Shown here piece after piece: positions 10,960 to 19,481 of a stretch of DNA of 64,000 nt. Where the stretch lies: the NCBI GenBank assembly GCA_963766885.1, contig CAVYBO010000002.1, positions 365,521 to 429,520 of the forward strand, written 5' to 3'. The position numbers and the translations under genes were made by a program. Source of the stretch: an uncultured bacterium. GTDB lineage: Bacteria > Patescibacteriota > Minisyncoccia > Phycocordibacterales > CAIRYW01. The notes beneath the pieces are model-generated. The model was not told where the DNA came from and did not search any database. It saw only the letters and a program-made list of their open reading frames with translations. The stretch's first letter is position 1; each line of letters starts with the position of its first letter.

Positions 10960-11432
10960 TCTGGATGAACATCTAACGACTCGTCAATTTTAATGCCGAT
11001 TTGTTTTGCCATTTCTTTAGTAAATTTTTTACCAATCTCGCTATGAAAATAGCCGAGCGTACGACAAATATCAATTCTTTCTGTTTCCGAAAGAGATTCC
11101 CATACGTCCATCATCATATCGCCCTCAATATATTCATACCCATACATTTTTGGTTTTTCGGAAACAAAAATTACACGAGGTATAGGAACAGAAAGACCTA
11201 TTTTATACAGTTGTTGAATAACGACAGCTTCTATCGCCAAATCATTTTGTTCTTGCAACTCTTTGTCGTTTCCTTGTTCTTTGACAATATACTTACTCTT
11301 GTCAGAAGTTTCTATATAATAAGCATTGTTACAATAGCCTTTGCCTTTTAATACAAACTTTGTAATTGCTTTACGTAAAAGTTCTTGAATTTTAACTTTG
11401 AGTTCATCTTCAGTGGCTGAATTATTTTCCAT
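10821..11432 (-). pseudogene. Aminoglycoside phosphotransferase-like kinase, C-terminally truncated near 10960
   Basis: GKGYCNNAY, YIVK, PIPRVIF, YEYIEG, LGYFHS; the catalytic HGD and D-x-x-D motifs are missing. Confidence 0.7.
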
Positions 11433-11443
11433 ACTAAAAATAG

Positions 11444-11570
11444 TATCAGGTTAGAACTGAAAAGTCTAAGGGAAATAAGGATTTATTGAAGAAATCTACT
11501 GATGGGCGACGTAGTAGAGGATGTTAGAACTGTTTTTGAGAGGTTGAATGATATGAGTATTTATATTCCT
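11444..11570 (+). repeat. Cassette-boundary repeat C, copy 1 (peptide 11502-11597)
   Basis: TATCAGGTTAGAACTGA ... TGATGGGCGACGTAGTAGAGGATGTTAGAACTGTTTTTGAGAGG shared with 13115-13245. Confidence 0.92.
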
Positions 11571-12112
11571 AACTTGTCAGCCATCAAAATATCGTAACCA
11601 ACCATAACCCTGTCTTCCTTTTTGATTCCAAATTTTTCTAGAAACGAGAAGAGTTCATTGAAGACAACTTCATCATCTTCATCAGACATTTTTTCCACTT
11701 CTATGAAATCTCCCAATCCTTCTACTTCATCAATACAGATTTCATAATTATTAAAATTTGCTTTTCTTCTTTTCTTGTTTAGCTCCATAGCTTTTTTATA
11801 ACCCATAAGTTCAATCATTTCAGAGGTAATTTTTGCATCACTAACCACAACTTCTTTTTCCAATTTTGATAGATTATTTTTCATTGAACCTTGTGGCTTT
11901 TTTACGGTAAAAAGAACTTTATCTTTCGTAACTCTAATCCTTGCAAACACAGCTCCATCTGGATAATCGGCATATTTTTCAGAATAGTTTATGAAGACAG
12001 AATCATTTTGTATGACTTCAATACCAAAAGGAATCCCCTCTTTTTCAAAGGTTTTAATGAGATTTTCCTTATCTTGAATTTTTGCTTTTACCTCTATTTC
12101 TTTTATTGGCAT
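11561..12112 (-). CDS. CYTH / class IV adenylate cyclase family protein
   Basis: EIEVKAK, ARIR, ICIDEVEGLGDFIEVE, GY. Confidence 0.9.
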   Translation of the reverse strand: MPIKEIEVKAKIQDKENLIKTFEKEGIPFGIEVIQNDSVFINYSEKYADYPDGAVFARIRVTKDKVLFTVKKPQGSMKNNLSKLEKEVVVSDAKITSEMIELMGYKKAMELNKKRRKANFNNYEICIDEVEGLGDFIEVEKMSDEDDEVVFNELFSFLEKFGIKKEDRVMVGYDILMADKLGI

Positions 12113-12121
12113 AATAAATTT

Positions 12122-12637
12122 TTATTTTTTAATATCAACTAAAATAAATTTAACAACTTCTTCTGAAGAAAATTCTGTGGTATCAAATACTTTTCCTAGG
12201 TCATACCTGTTTTCTTTCCAAGTTTTCAGGTTATTTTCAATTCTTTCTTTTGTTAGGGGTATTTTTCCTGGAGTGTCTGGCCTGACGTGTGCCCTTTCCC
12301 TTAATACTTCTATTGGGGCTTCTAACTGATAGAAATGTAAATCTGTTCTAAATTCATTAGCTAGGTTTATATATGGCTCAACATATTCTTTTTTCCAGAA
12401 TCCCTGTTCTATTAGTACATTGCAACCCTGTTCAAGAAATGTTTTTGCCATTGAAAGCATTACTTTACTTATAAGACCATTATCTTCATTATTTCTCTCA
12501 AAATCAGAAAGAAACCATTTGATTTTATCCATACTGAGTAAAGCTGTTCTCGGAAGTTTTGGATGAAGTATAGAAGCGATTGTAGTTTTACCAGCACCCA
12601 TTGGTCCTTCTAGAATTATTACAAATTGCTTTTTCAT
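12122..12637 (-). CDS. P-loop nucleotide kinase (AAA_33-like)
   Basis: Walker A GPMGAGKTT, LEAPIEVLRER lid. Confidence 0.85.
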   Translation of the reverse strand: MKKQFVIILEGPMGAGKTTIASILHPKLPRTALLSMDKIKWFLSDFERNNEDNGLISKVMLSMAKTFLEQGCNVLIEQGFWKKEYVEPYINLANEFRTDLHFYQLEAPIEVLRERAHVRPDTPGKIPLTKERIENNLKTWKENRYDLGKVFDTTEFSSEEVVKFILVDIKK

Positions 12638-13104
12638 ATTAGCGGTTTTATATTTTCTCTTATCCAAGCACCTTTCTTTTCCTTGTATTCTTCGCGACTC
12701 AAGCCAGAAAGACCTCTTTTAAATTCTTCGTATCTTTTTCTTAATTCTTCATTTCCACGAAGCACTTCAATAATTCCCCTATGCTTATCTATATTATTAT
12801 TTTCTGGAGACATTATTTGAACGGCTACCTCAACATTTTCTACCATTATTTTTAAGAAAGAAGTTTCATCCACTACAGGACCTTGTCTGTATCCGTGTTG
12901 CACAAGAATTTGAGAATCTTCTTCAATATGTTCACTTATGACCATTATGTCTAGTTCAGGTCTACCAGTCATAGGTACAGCCATAGCTCCAACAGCTTCA
13001 ACGTGTGAATCTGGAAGTAGAGCTTTTATTTCTTCTAATTTTTCTTGCTGTATGCGAAAAATTTCTTCAGATGGTTCTACTATCGTTTCAATTCTATTTT
13101 TCAT
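12634..13104 (-). CDS. GrpB/UPF0157 nucleotidyltransferase-fold protein
   Basis: VEAVGAMAVP..GRPELDI, YEEFK, YKEKKGAWI. Confidence 0.8.
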   Translation of the reverse strand: MKNRIETIVEPSEEIFRIQQEKLEEIKALLPDSHVEAVGAMAVPMTGRPELDIMVISEHIEEDSQILVQHGYRQGPVVDETSFLKIMVENVEVAVQIMSPENNNIDKHRGIIEVLRGNEELRKRYEEFKRGLSGLSREEYKEKKGAWIRENIKPLI

Positions 13105-13114
13105 ACCAAAAGTA

Positions 13115-13245
13115 TATCAGGTTAGAACTGATTTTACAGCCTAAATAAAGGGTATTATTTATGAAATTCTTTGATGGGCGACGTAGTAGAGGATGTTAGA
13201 ACTGTTTTTGAGAGGAGGAATGATGCGACAATCTATATTCCGACA
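13115..13245 (+). repeat. Cassette-boundary repeat C, copy 2 (peptide 13174-13278)
   Basis: Direct repeat of 11444-11570. Confidence 0.92.
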
Positions 13246-13305
13246 TTTTACCCTATACCTGAACTCACTAAATATTAGATATTAGAACCAATTTAAATAA
13301 TTAGA

Positions 13306-14865
13306 CTAACAGGAATACTTACATTGAGTAGGTGTTAAAACTGAAAGATAAAGCAAATTATTAATTGATACCCCATCATTACTTACTCCAACGCTTACAT
13401 TTCCGTAGCCATAGGAAGCCCCTAGATTAGAAACAGTAAAAGTTAAAGTGGTGCCATTACTAGACACTGATGTCGGTGTAATTTTTTGTCCAGTAAGACC
13501 ATTGATATATATCGCTGTTGAACCATTAAACCCAGAGCCGGTTATTGTAATGTTTGTTGACCCATTGAATGGAACCGTCGTTGTTGATAATGAATATATT
13601 GGAGGATTTGTTGAACTTTGATTTTGTCCTGGGTTGCTAATAGTAAAGTAATTATCACTGTAATCAAAAGGTCCTTCAGCCATCATACTTTGTGGAGGAT
13701 AACCCTCTATTAAAAATTTAAACTGATTTTGATTATCAACGTTTTTTAATGTATATGGACCTCCTGAATAGTTTTGAATATAAGCACTTAGCGATACATT
13801 TGGAATATTCCAGGTGTAGCTTCCAGTATTGTTTGTAGTCACACTTTGGTCAGGTATTACTGCTTGATCCTCATTACCAGCAACTAAGGTAATTCTGACT
13901 TGTGAATAAGCGGAGTTAAAAGCTGGAGATGCATTCCAAGTTATATTGTAAGTATTTCCTTTAATTAAGTTCTCGCCTCCATTAGGTGAAGTAATTGTAA
14001 TAGATGGGGTTTGATTTTGTGTTGAACCAGAAACTGTAAAAGGATACTGATTACTCTTTAATCCATAAATATTTTCAACCTCAACATTGTATTGTCCTGG
14101 GAGTGTGCTGTTTGGAACTGAAAATGAAAACTGGGTATCGCTTGTGGGTTCCCCAGAAGGATTATTTGTTGAAACGTCTGTAATAACAGCACCAGTAGAA
14201 GCATTTAACAAATGTATTTCAATTCCACCATTAACAGAAAATCCTGTTCCATAAACCGTTATAGAACTTCCCATACCAAACTTTGTGCTGTCAACATAGG
14301 CAGTATTTGGAGAGATTGAAGTTATCGTAGGTGCTACTGATGTAGGTGTTCCAGAAATTATTGAGAAAATGCCGCTTTGAGCGCCTACCTCTCCACCTGG
14401 ACTCAATGCTCCGCAATTTCCAACAGCAACAGAATAAGAACCACTTGGTATACTTGAATCAACTATCCAAGAATAATTACCACTGTTAGAAATAGCGTTT
14501 GCTATTGTTTTAACTGAAGTATTATTTGAAAGTAGATTGATTGAGATATTTGGACAAAGTAAATTAGAAGATGTCCATGTAATGTTGTATGTCTGGCCTG
14601 CTGTTAATTGACTTCCTGCAGTTGGACTAATAACAGTAATGGAAGGTTGGGTTGAAGTTGTTGTGGTTGTCGTCTGAGTTGAACCTTGCTGTCCCAACAA
14701 AGTCTGCAACTCCGCTTCAAGTTGTTGGAGAAGTTGAGTTATAAGCTGAATAATTTCTTGTTTAGTAGAAGCTGCAGTAGAAGCACTTACACTTTGAGCA
14801 AATACTGGAGAGATGACAACAAGAGAAAGCAAACCGACACCGAGAAGAGAAATATATTTTTTCAT
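13306..14865 (-). CDS. Secreted surface protein with Ser/Thr-rich Ig-like and IPT/TIG domains
   Basis: Signal peptide; repeated PSITVISP..G..YNITW and PTITSISP..ITVYGTGF modules. Confidence 0.85.
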   Translation of the reverse strand: MKKYISLLGVGLLSLVVISPVFAQSVSASTAASTKQEIIQLITQLLQQLEAELQTLLGQQGSTQTTTTTTSTQPSITVISPTAGSQLTAGQTYNITWTSSNLLCPNISINLLSNNTSVKTIANAISNSGNYSWIVDSSIPSGSYSVAVGNCGALSPGGEVGAQSGIFSIISGTPTSVAPTITSISPNTAYVDSTKFGMGSSITVYGTGFSVNGGIEIHLLNASTGAVITDVSTNNPSGEPTSDTQFSFSVPNSTLPGQYNVEVENIYGLKSNQYPFTVSGSTQNQTPSITITSPNGGENLIKGNTYNITWNASPAFNSAYSQVRITLVAGNEDQAVIPDQSVTTNNTGSYTWNIPNVSLSAYIQNYSGGPYTLKNVDNQNQFKFLIEGYPPQSMMAEGPFDYSDNYFTISNPGQNQSSTNPPIYSLSTTTVPFNGSTNITITGSGFNGSTAIYINGLTGQKITPTSVSSNGTTLTFTVSNLGASYGYGNVSVGVSNDGVSINNLLYLSVLTPTQCKYSC

Positions 14866-14942
14866 TTATTTAATTTAATACCCGACTGATAATAGGTGTA
14901 TTATACCCCCCCGTTGTTATAAACAATAACAACAAAAACCGA

Positions 14943-15058
14943 TGCGCGAGTGGCGGGAATCTTTCCCTCGACTAAAATTTTCTCGTCAGAAAATTTTGTC
15001 TGGGCACCGACTCGCGGTTTTGGCTACTGCCCAAACATCGCTCCGCCGTTCAAGTACC
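14943..15058 (-). repeat. tRNA-linked palindromic element ending in a 16-bp copy of the tRNA-Asp 3' end
   Basis: TGCGCGAGTGGCGGGA at 14943 and 15117; internal AAAATTTTCT..AGAAAATTTT hairpin. Confidence 0.75.
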
Positions 15059-15092
15059 TAAAAAAGCTCCGCTTTTTTCACTCGTGCAAACC

Positions 15093-15113
15093 AAAAGCCC
15101 CTTTCGGGGCTTT
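15093..15113 (-). terminator. Hairpin terminator after tRNA-Asp
   Basis: AAAGCCCC-GAAA-GGGGCTTTT on minus strand. Confidence 0.7.
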
Positions 15114-15118
15114 GTCTG

Positions 15119-15192
15119 CGCGAGTGGCGGGACTTGAACCCGTAACCTCTGCCGTGACAGGGCAGCGCTCTAACCAGTTGAGCTACACCCGC
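15119..15192 (-). tRNA. tRNA-Asp(GTC)
   Basis: Cloverleaf GCGGGTGTAGCTCAACTGGTTAGAGCGCTGCCCTGTCACGGCAG..GTTCAAGTCCCGCCACTCGCG. Confidence 0.96.
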
Positions 15193-15295
15193 AATTTTGC
15201 AATTGCGTTTGATGATAATAGCAAAAATTTGAGAAAAATGAAGCTTTATCCAAAATCAAGCAAAAAAAATCGAGAGCATGTGCTCTCTTTTGAAA

Positions 15296-15580
15296 TCAAT
15301 TCGTGGAATGGCCAGATAGCGCCAAAACAAACAATCCGATCACCATACCCAGCACAAGGATGATGACCAACACAACCGCGGCCCATTGCATTAGGGAAAA
15401 CCCGCAGAGATCTTCCTTCTTTTGACGTATGGACGAATCAGTTATGAATATGAAAGGTTTGTAATCATTACCGTCCTTCACAATGGGGTGATCATCGTGC
15501 GGGCATTTTCTCGCTGTTTCGGAAATATCAATCTTTCCCGTATCAATGCGGCTCCCTCTATTGCTAAATATTCTGTTCAT
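15296..15580 (-). CDS. Hypothetical protein with C-terminal TM helix
   Basis: 94-aa ORF with hydrophobic WAAVVLVIILVLGMVIGLFVLAL. Confidence 0.55.
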   Translation of the reverse strand: MNRIFSNRGSRIDTGKIDISETARKCPHDDHPIVKDGNDYKPFIFITDSSIRQKKEDLCGFSLMQWAAVVLVIILVLGMVIGLFVLALSGHSTN

Positions 15581-15774
15581 AAAAAACTCTTTACTTTAGA
15601 ATCTATAACCAGACGACGTCTTTGTCAACAAAAAATTACTTTATGTCCCACTCTAGTCTCAAAATTTATAGAACAAGACCCCATAAGGATTCTTGGGAGA
15701 TTTTTAGTATTTCAAACTGAAGGGTCTCGGTCTGGGGTTATTTTACAAAATTTGGAACAAAATGGAACACGCCA

Positions 15775-16020
15775 TTGGCACTTAGAAGAAGTGATATGTA
15801 CCGCATGAAAGAGCAGATCAAAGCCGAGATGGAACGGCACAAGAAATTTGAGTCAAGTTTGCTTGGAGTGAAGAGCAAAGCGATAAAGGTGGCTAATATT
15901 GATATCCGAAATTATGCCAAGTACATACTGCGTGACGGATCAGCGTTTGAGAAACGACAACTGCTGTCGTGTTTGAGAAGTAGGATACAGATGAGTAATG
16001 GACGGATTCAAATGGAGTGA
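15775..16020 (+). pseudogene. Probable C-terminal remnant of a large serine recombinase
   Basis: IDIRNYAKYILRDGSAFEKRQLLSCLRSRI resembles recombinase C-termini seen in CPR genomes (from recall); no catalytic domain. Confidence 0.5.
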
Positions 16021-16046
16021 TTAGTTTAGCGAACAATTAACAATTT

Positions 16047-17648
16047 TTATGCGTAGTTAATCGTTGGCTCACTATACTTACTTGGAGGTGAAAATCTGTT
16101 AAATTTTTCAACCGCCTGATCAAGTTCTCTTTTTATTACTTTATATCTATCGTAAAGCTCTTGATCATCTGGAGATAATTTTTCTTCTTCCTTTTCTTCC
16201 TCAAGAAGAAGTCTCATTTTCTCTATAAGATCTGCCACGGTCATTGTTCCAGCAATTTGAGAATGGTCTAAGTTTAAGGAATCCAAATCTGCTGCTTTGC
16301 CCAATTTCTTATAGATAAGATCTTTGGTTGACTCATCTCGTTTGTATCGCTCCTCTGCTTCTTTTTCTCCTCTTCTCAACTCATCGTGTTTTTCTCTAAT
16401 TTGAACGGTCAGAGCATCCACAGCTTCCTTAATTTCTTGAGCCTTTTTCTTTTTATTGAAAAACCCAGGCTCTTCTGAGAGTTTTTGTCTCCTCGCTTCT
16501 TCAAGTGCTGGGATTTCTTCCTCCTTTATCTTACGATTGGATTCATATATATTTTTTCTCTCTTCTTCAAGTTTTGGAATACTAATACTTAAATATTCCC
16601 CCTTACCACTTTTGGAAACATCAACCTTTATCTCAAGCTTAGCGTGAGCGTTATGATAAACCTGTGCAGAAATAATGTCGTGCTTTGCTTCCTCTCTGAG
16701 CTTTTTTCTTGCAGAAATAGCTTCCTCTGTCCTTTCTATTTCAGATATCTGTGGATTTGCATTTCTAAAATGCATTACTTTCAATGAAGACCAGTCCGCA
16801 TCAACTACTAAAGGTAAAGCTGTAAGTTGGCTATTGAGTTCTTTAGTATCTCTTCTCCAATGCCCCGGCGGGATGGTTGTTCCTTGTTCTTGTTCCAATT
16901 TTTGTTTTGTTATAATCCTTGTTCCTTGTTCCAATATTGCACTCTTTACAAAACTTTCATCACCAAAACGTTCAGCGTCATTGACATCTATTGGCTTAAC
17001 AGTAGATGGTCTGGGAGGATAAGCTACGTTATAGCGTACCGAAGCAGGATCAAATTTTTCTTCAATTCTTTTTTTAGTTTTTTCTTTATCTGCTGCTATA
17101 GCTTCAGGAGTTTGGCTAGTCAGTCTATCAATTTCTGATTGGAGCACCTCAACCCGTTTTTGAACTACAGCTACAAAATAGTCCAATTCGCTTTGGGAGT
17201 CTTCTTTACTAATCTCAGCTTCTTCATTTATGGTTTCAACTTCTTTTCTGGCTTTTCTTTTTGTTTCTTTTAGAGTGGCAACTTTTTCATGAGTTGCTAC
17301 TTTTGTTTGCTTATATTCAGCTATTTCTTTTTCATCAGAAAAATCCTCTGAAGAAAGAAAATCTTTCGGCTCATTTATACCCAAAGCCTGCAAGGTAGGA
17401 GCATACTTTACATGGAGTTCTTGAAAGAGTGCTCGTTTTTTTCTCTGATCAGCCACCGATTCTGACATAGATGCTTTTTGAGATTTCAAATCTCCAAGCA
17501 ATGCACCCAATCTTTCTTTTTCTAAAGTTAAGCTGCTTATCTGTTCCCGAAGTTTCCCCTCTGCTTCTCTTTCTTCTTTTTCCCTCTCCCTTTTCTGATC
17601 TTCTTCAAGAGCATGTCGCTTTCTTCTTAATGCATCCTCTAAAGCCAT
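16047..17648 (-). CDS. Long coiled-coil hypothetical protein
   Basis: 533 aa, E/K/R-rich heptads. Confidence 0.75.
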   Translation of the reverse strand: MALEDALRRKRHALEEDQKREREKEEREAEGKLREQISSLTLEKERLGALLGDLKSQKASMSESVADQRKKRALFQELHVKYAPTLQALGINEPKDFLSSEDFSDEKEIAEYKQTKVATHEKVATLKETKRKARKEVETINEEAEISKEDSQSELDYFVAVVQKRVEVLQSEIDRLTSQTPEAIAADKEKTKKRIEEKFDPASVRYNVAYPPRPSTVKPIDVNDAERFGDESFVKSAILEQGTRIITKQKLEQEQGTTIPPGHWRRDTKELNSQLTALPLVVDADWSSLKVMHFRNANPQISEIERTEEAISARKKLREEAKHDIISAQVYHNAHAKLEIKVDVSKSGKGEYLSISIPKLEEERKNIYESNRKIKEEEIPALEEARRQKLSEEPGFFNKKKKAQEIKEAVDALTVQIREKHDELRRGEKEAEERYKRDESTKDLIYKKLGKAADLDSLNLDHSQIAGTMTVADLIEKMRLLLEEEKEEEKLSPDDQELYDRYKVIKRELDQAVEKFNRFSPPSKYSEPTINYA

Positions 17649-17803
17649 AGTGATTTGATTAAGCTAATATATCTAAAGTATACTTTAGATAAGATAATTT
17701 TTAAAGCGAAAATATAGATAATTTTTTTCGATCCCTAAAAAGGTCGTGCTTGACAACCTCGAAAAAAGCCTGTGTTTAGGCTCTCCGATAGGTCTCACTG
17801 TGT

Positions 17804-17833
17804 TGTGTTGGAGGTGGGGATCGAACCCACAAC
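17804..17833 (-). repeat. Degenerate tRNA 3'-half (T-arm plus acceptor strand), possible att scar
   Basis: GTGGGTTCGATCCCCACCTCCAACAC just downstream of tRNA-Met, whose end is GTGAGTTCAACTCTCACCTTCGGCAC. Confidence 0.55.
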
Positions 17834-17847
17834 TTTCTTATTTTCTG

Positions 17848-17921
17848 TGCCGAAGGTGAGAGTTGAACTCACGACCTGGCGCTTATGAAACGCCCGCTCT
17901 AACCACCTGAGCTACCTCGGC
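17848..17921 (-). tRNA. tRNA-Met(CAT), elongator type
   Basis: GCCGAGGTAGCTCAGGTGGTTAGAGCGGGCGTTTCATAAGCGCC..GTTCAACTC..; G1-C72 paired. Confidence 0.92.
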
Positions 17922-18588
17922 AAATTATCGCACTAATTATACCTAAAATTTTATACTGATAATCTGAACTTCTTGATACGCTTAACCTCAACACACCATG
18001 ATAAGAATTGTGATTATCGTAAATCTTTTTACGCGATGTTTTAACATAATAAGTATTTCCAAATGAGCTAGTAGGTAATCCTAGCAAATCAGACCAAAAT
18101 TTCAAAACCAAACCAATCCTATATTTATGGATCTGATTGATTTGAACAACTGGCTTAATCCGCTTTTTTGGTATCAACAAAATTTTAATCAGATATGTAT
18201 AGATAATTTTTATCATTCTGGGATCAGAATTTACAAACATAAATCTGCTTTCCGTCTTAGCACCCTCCGCCCAATAAAGTGCAGCACTCACAAGCTCCAA
18301 CTCTCGTCTTGATATTTTTTTAAATTTATCCATTCCTTCTTTTTTAAAAAAATCAACCCTCTCTTGTTTTTTCTTTCTATTCCTGTCAGCCCCAATGATT
18401 CGTCCTCTATTTCTTCCGTCAATACTATTTTGAATTAAAATTTCTTTTTGCTTTTGAGTCAAAACAACCGAACGAGACCAGAGACTTACGGTACTTTTGG
18501 AAATATTCAAATGTTTTGCAATAGAAGGCATACTCATACCCTTTTGCCTGAGTTTCATAACTTTATTTTTTAATATAAAATTAGACAT
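17899..18588 (-). CDS. HTH plus LAGLIDADG-like protein
   Basis: N-terminal HTH (GMSMPSIAKHLNISKSTVSLW), LYWAEGAK, FVNSDPRMI; last codons lie inside tRNA-Met. Confidence 0.75.
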   Translation of the reverse strand: MSNFILKNKVMKLRQKGMSMPSIAKHLNISKSTVSLWSRSVVLTQKQKEILIQNSIDGRNRGRIIGADRNRKKKQERVDFFKKEGMDKFKKISRRELELVSAALYWAEGAKTESRFMFVNSDPRMIKIIYTYLIKILLIPKKRIKPVVQINQIHKYRIGLVLKFWSDLLGLPTSSFGNTYYVKTSRKKIYDNHNSYHGVLRLSVSRSSDYQYKILGIISAIICRGSSGG

Positions 18589-18684
18589 TGTGCATATATT
18601 ACCATATATTGTAGGTATATTAATCTTGCAATATATAAAGAAATGTGGATAATATTAAGATTCTGAATAGGATTCAGAATTCAC

Positions 18685-18755
18685 AGCGGGGTGGAGGAGC
18701 AGTACCTCGTCAGGCTCATAACCTGAAGGCCCGGGCGCACATCCCGGCCCCGCAA
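18685..18755 (+). tRNA. tRNA-fMet(CAT), atypical D and T loops
   Basis: AGCGGGG/CCCCGCA acceptor with 1:72 mismatch, TCAGG-CTCATAA-CCTGA anticodon arm. Confidence 0.8.
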
Positions 18756-18769
18756 CAAGTAAAAGATCG

Positions 18770-19453
18770 CTAGATAAAATAAAACTCCTGAAAAACTTTT
18801 TTGAAGTCGGTAATTGCCTTTTCCGCTTCTTCCTTTGAAAGTCTGAACGCGCTGCCTTCATGAGCAATTTTATTTCTGAGTTTGTGGGCGCTCCAAGCAT
18901 TATCCAAAGTATGAAAATCAGCCTTATCAATCTGTTTTAATTTTTCTGCAATCCCCTCACCCTCGTAGCCCATCTTTGTAAGCATTTCATCTAAAATTAT
19001 ATCAGCGTCAACAATAGCAAGCTTCCAATCGTTTGGTTCAAAAGAATTTATTTTTGATTCTATATCTTGCCATCTTTTATTTGGACCACGATTTACTATC
19101 TGAATCTCATTATGGCGCACATCAGTATTATGAGCATCCGTATCAGCATCTCCGTGTCCGCCGTGACTATACAAAAGTTCAGAAACTTTGACGCTAAAAT
19201 AAATCGCTCCGCCCAAAAACGCAAGTGATATAAAAACAGAAGCAATTTGAACTGAATTGAAAATGGTTTCAAATATGTCCGCAGCGCTTGGAAAATTGGA
19301 AAAATTTATGCCAGCACCATTTAAGAAGTTACCAATAAAGCCGATGCCAGCCAAAAGAAGAAGAACCCAGAAAAGCACTTCAAAGACCGCGTTGTTCCCA
19401 GCACCGGAGCTTTCACTCCCTCCTCCCCCTTCTGATTTTTTCTCTTCTGCCAT
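18770..19453 (-). CDS. Conserved membrane protein
   Basis: Two TM helices then WKLAIVDADIILD..AWSAHKLRNKIAHEG. Confidence 0.75.
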   Translation of the reverse strand: MAEEKKSEGGGGSESSGAGNNAVFEVLFWVLLLLAGIGFIGNFLNGAGINFSNFPSAADIFETIFNSVQIASVFISLAFLGGAIYFSVKVSELLYSHGGHGDADTDAHNTDVRHNEIQIVNRGPNKRWQDIESKINSFEPNDWKLAIVDADIILDEMLTKMGYEGEGIAEKLKQIDKADFHTLDNAWSAHKLRNKIAHEGSAFRLSKEEAEKAITDFKKVFQEFYFI

Positions 19454-19481
19454 ATTTGAATTTTAACACAATATGAAAGCT

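Noticed and set aside
7621-13245. A and C repeats as a CRISPR array or classical integron attC sites
   Set aside because: Repeats are ~75-130 bp and separated by whole genes; no cas or intI gene; no RYYYAAC..GTTRRRY hairpin seen
8968-14865. Surface-protein paralogs as a DGR TR/VR pair
   Set aside because: Shared part is the N-terminus and differences are not confined to adenines
14950-15363. 137-aa plus-strand ORF
   Set aside because: Antisense to tRNA-Asp and its linked element; shadow ORF. The same applies to 18655-18930, 41923-42150, 53396-53710 and 56129-56503, which overlap RNA genes
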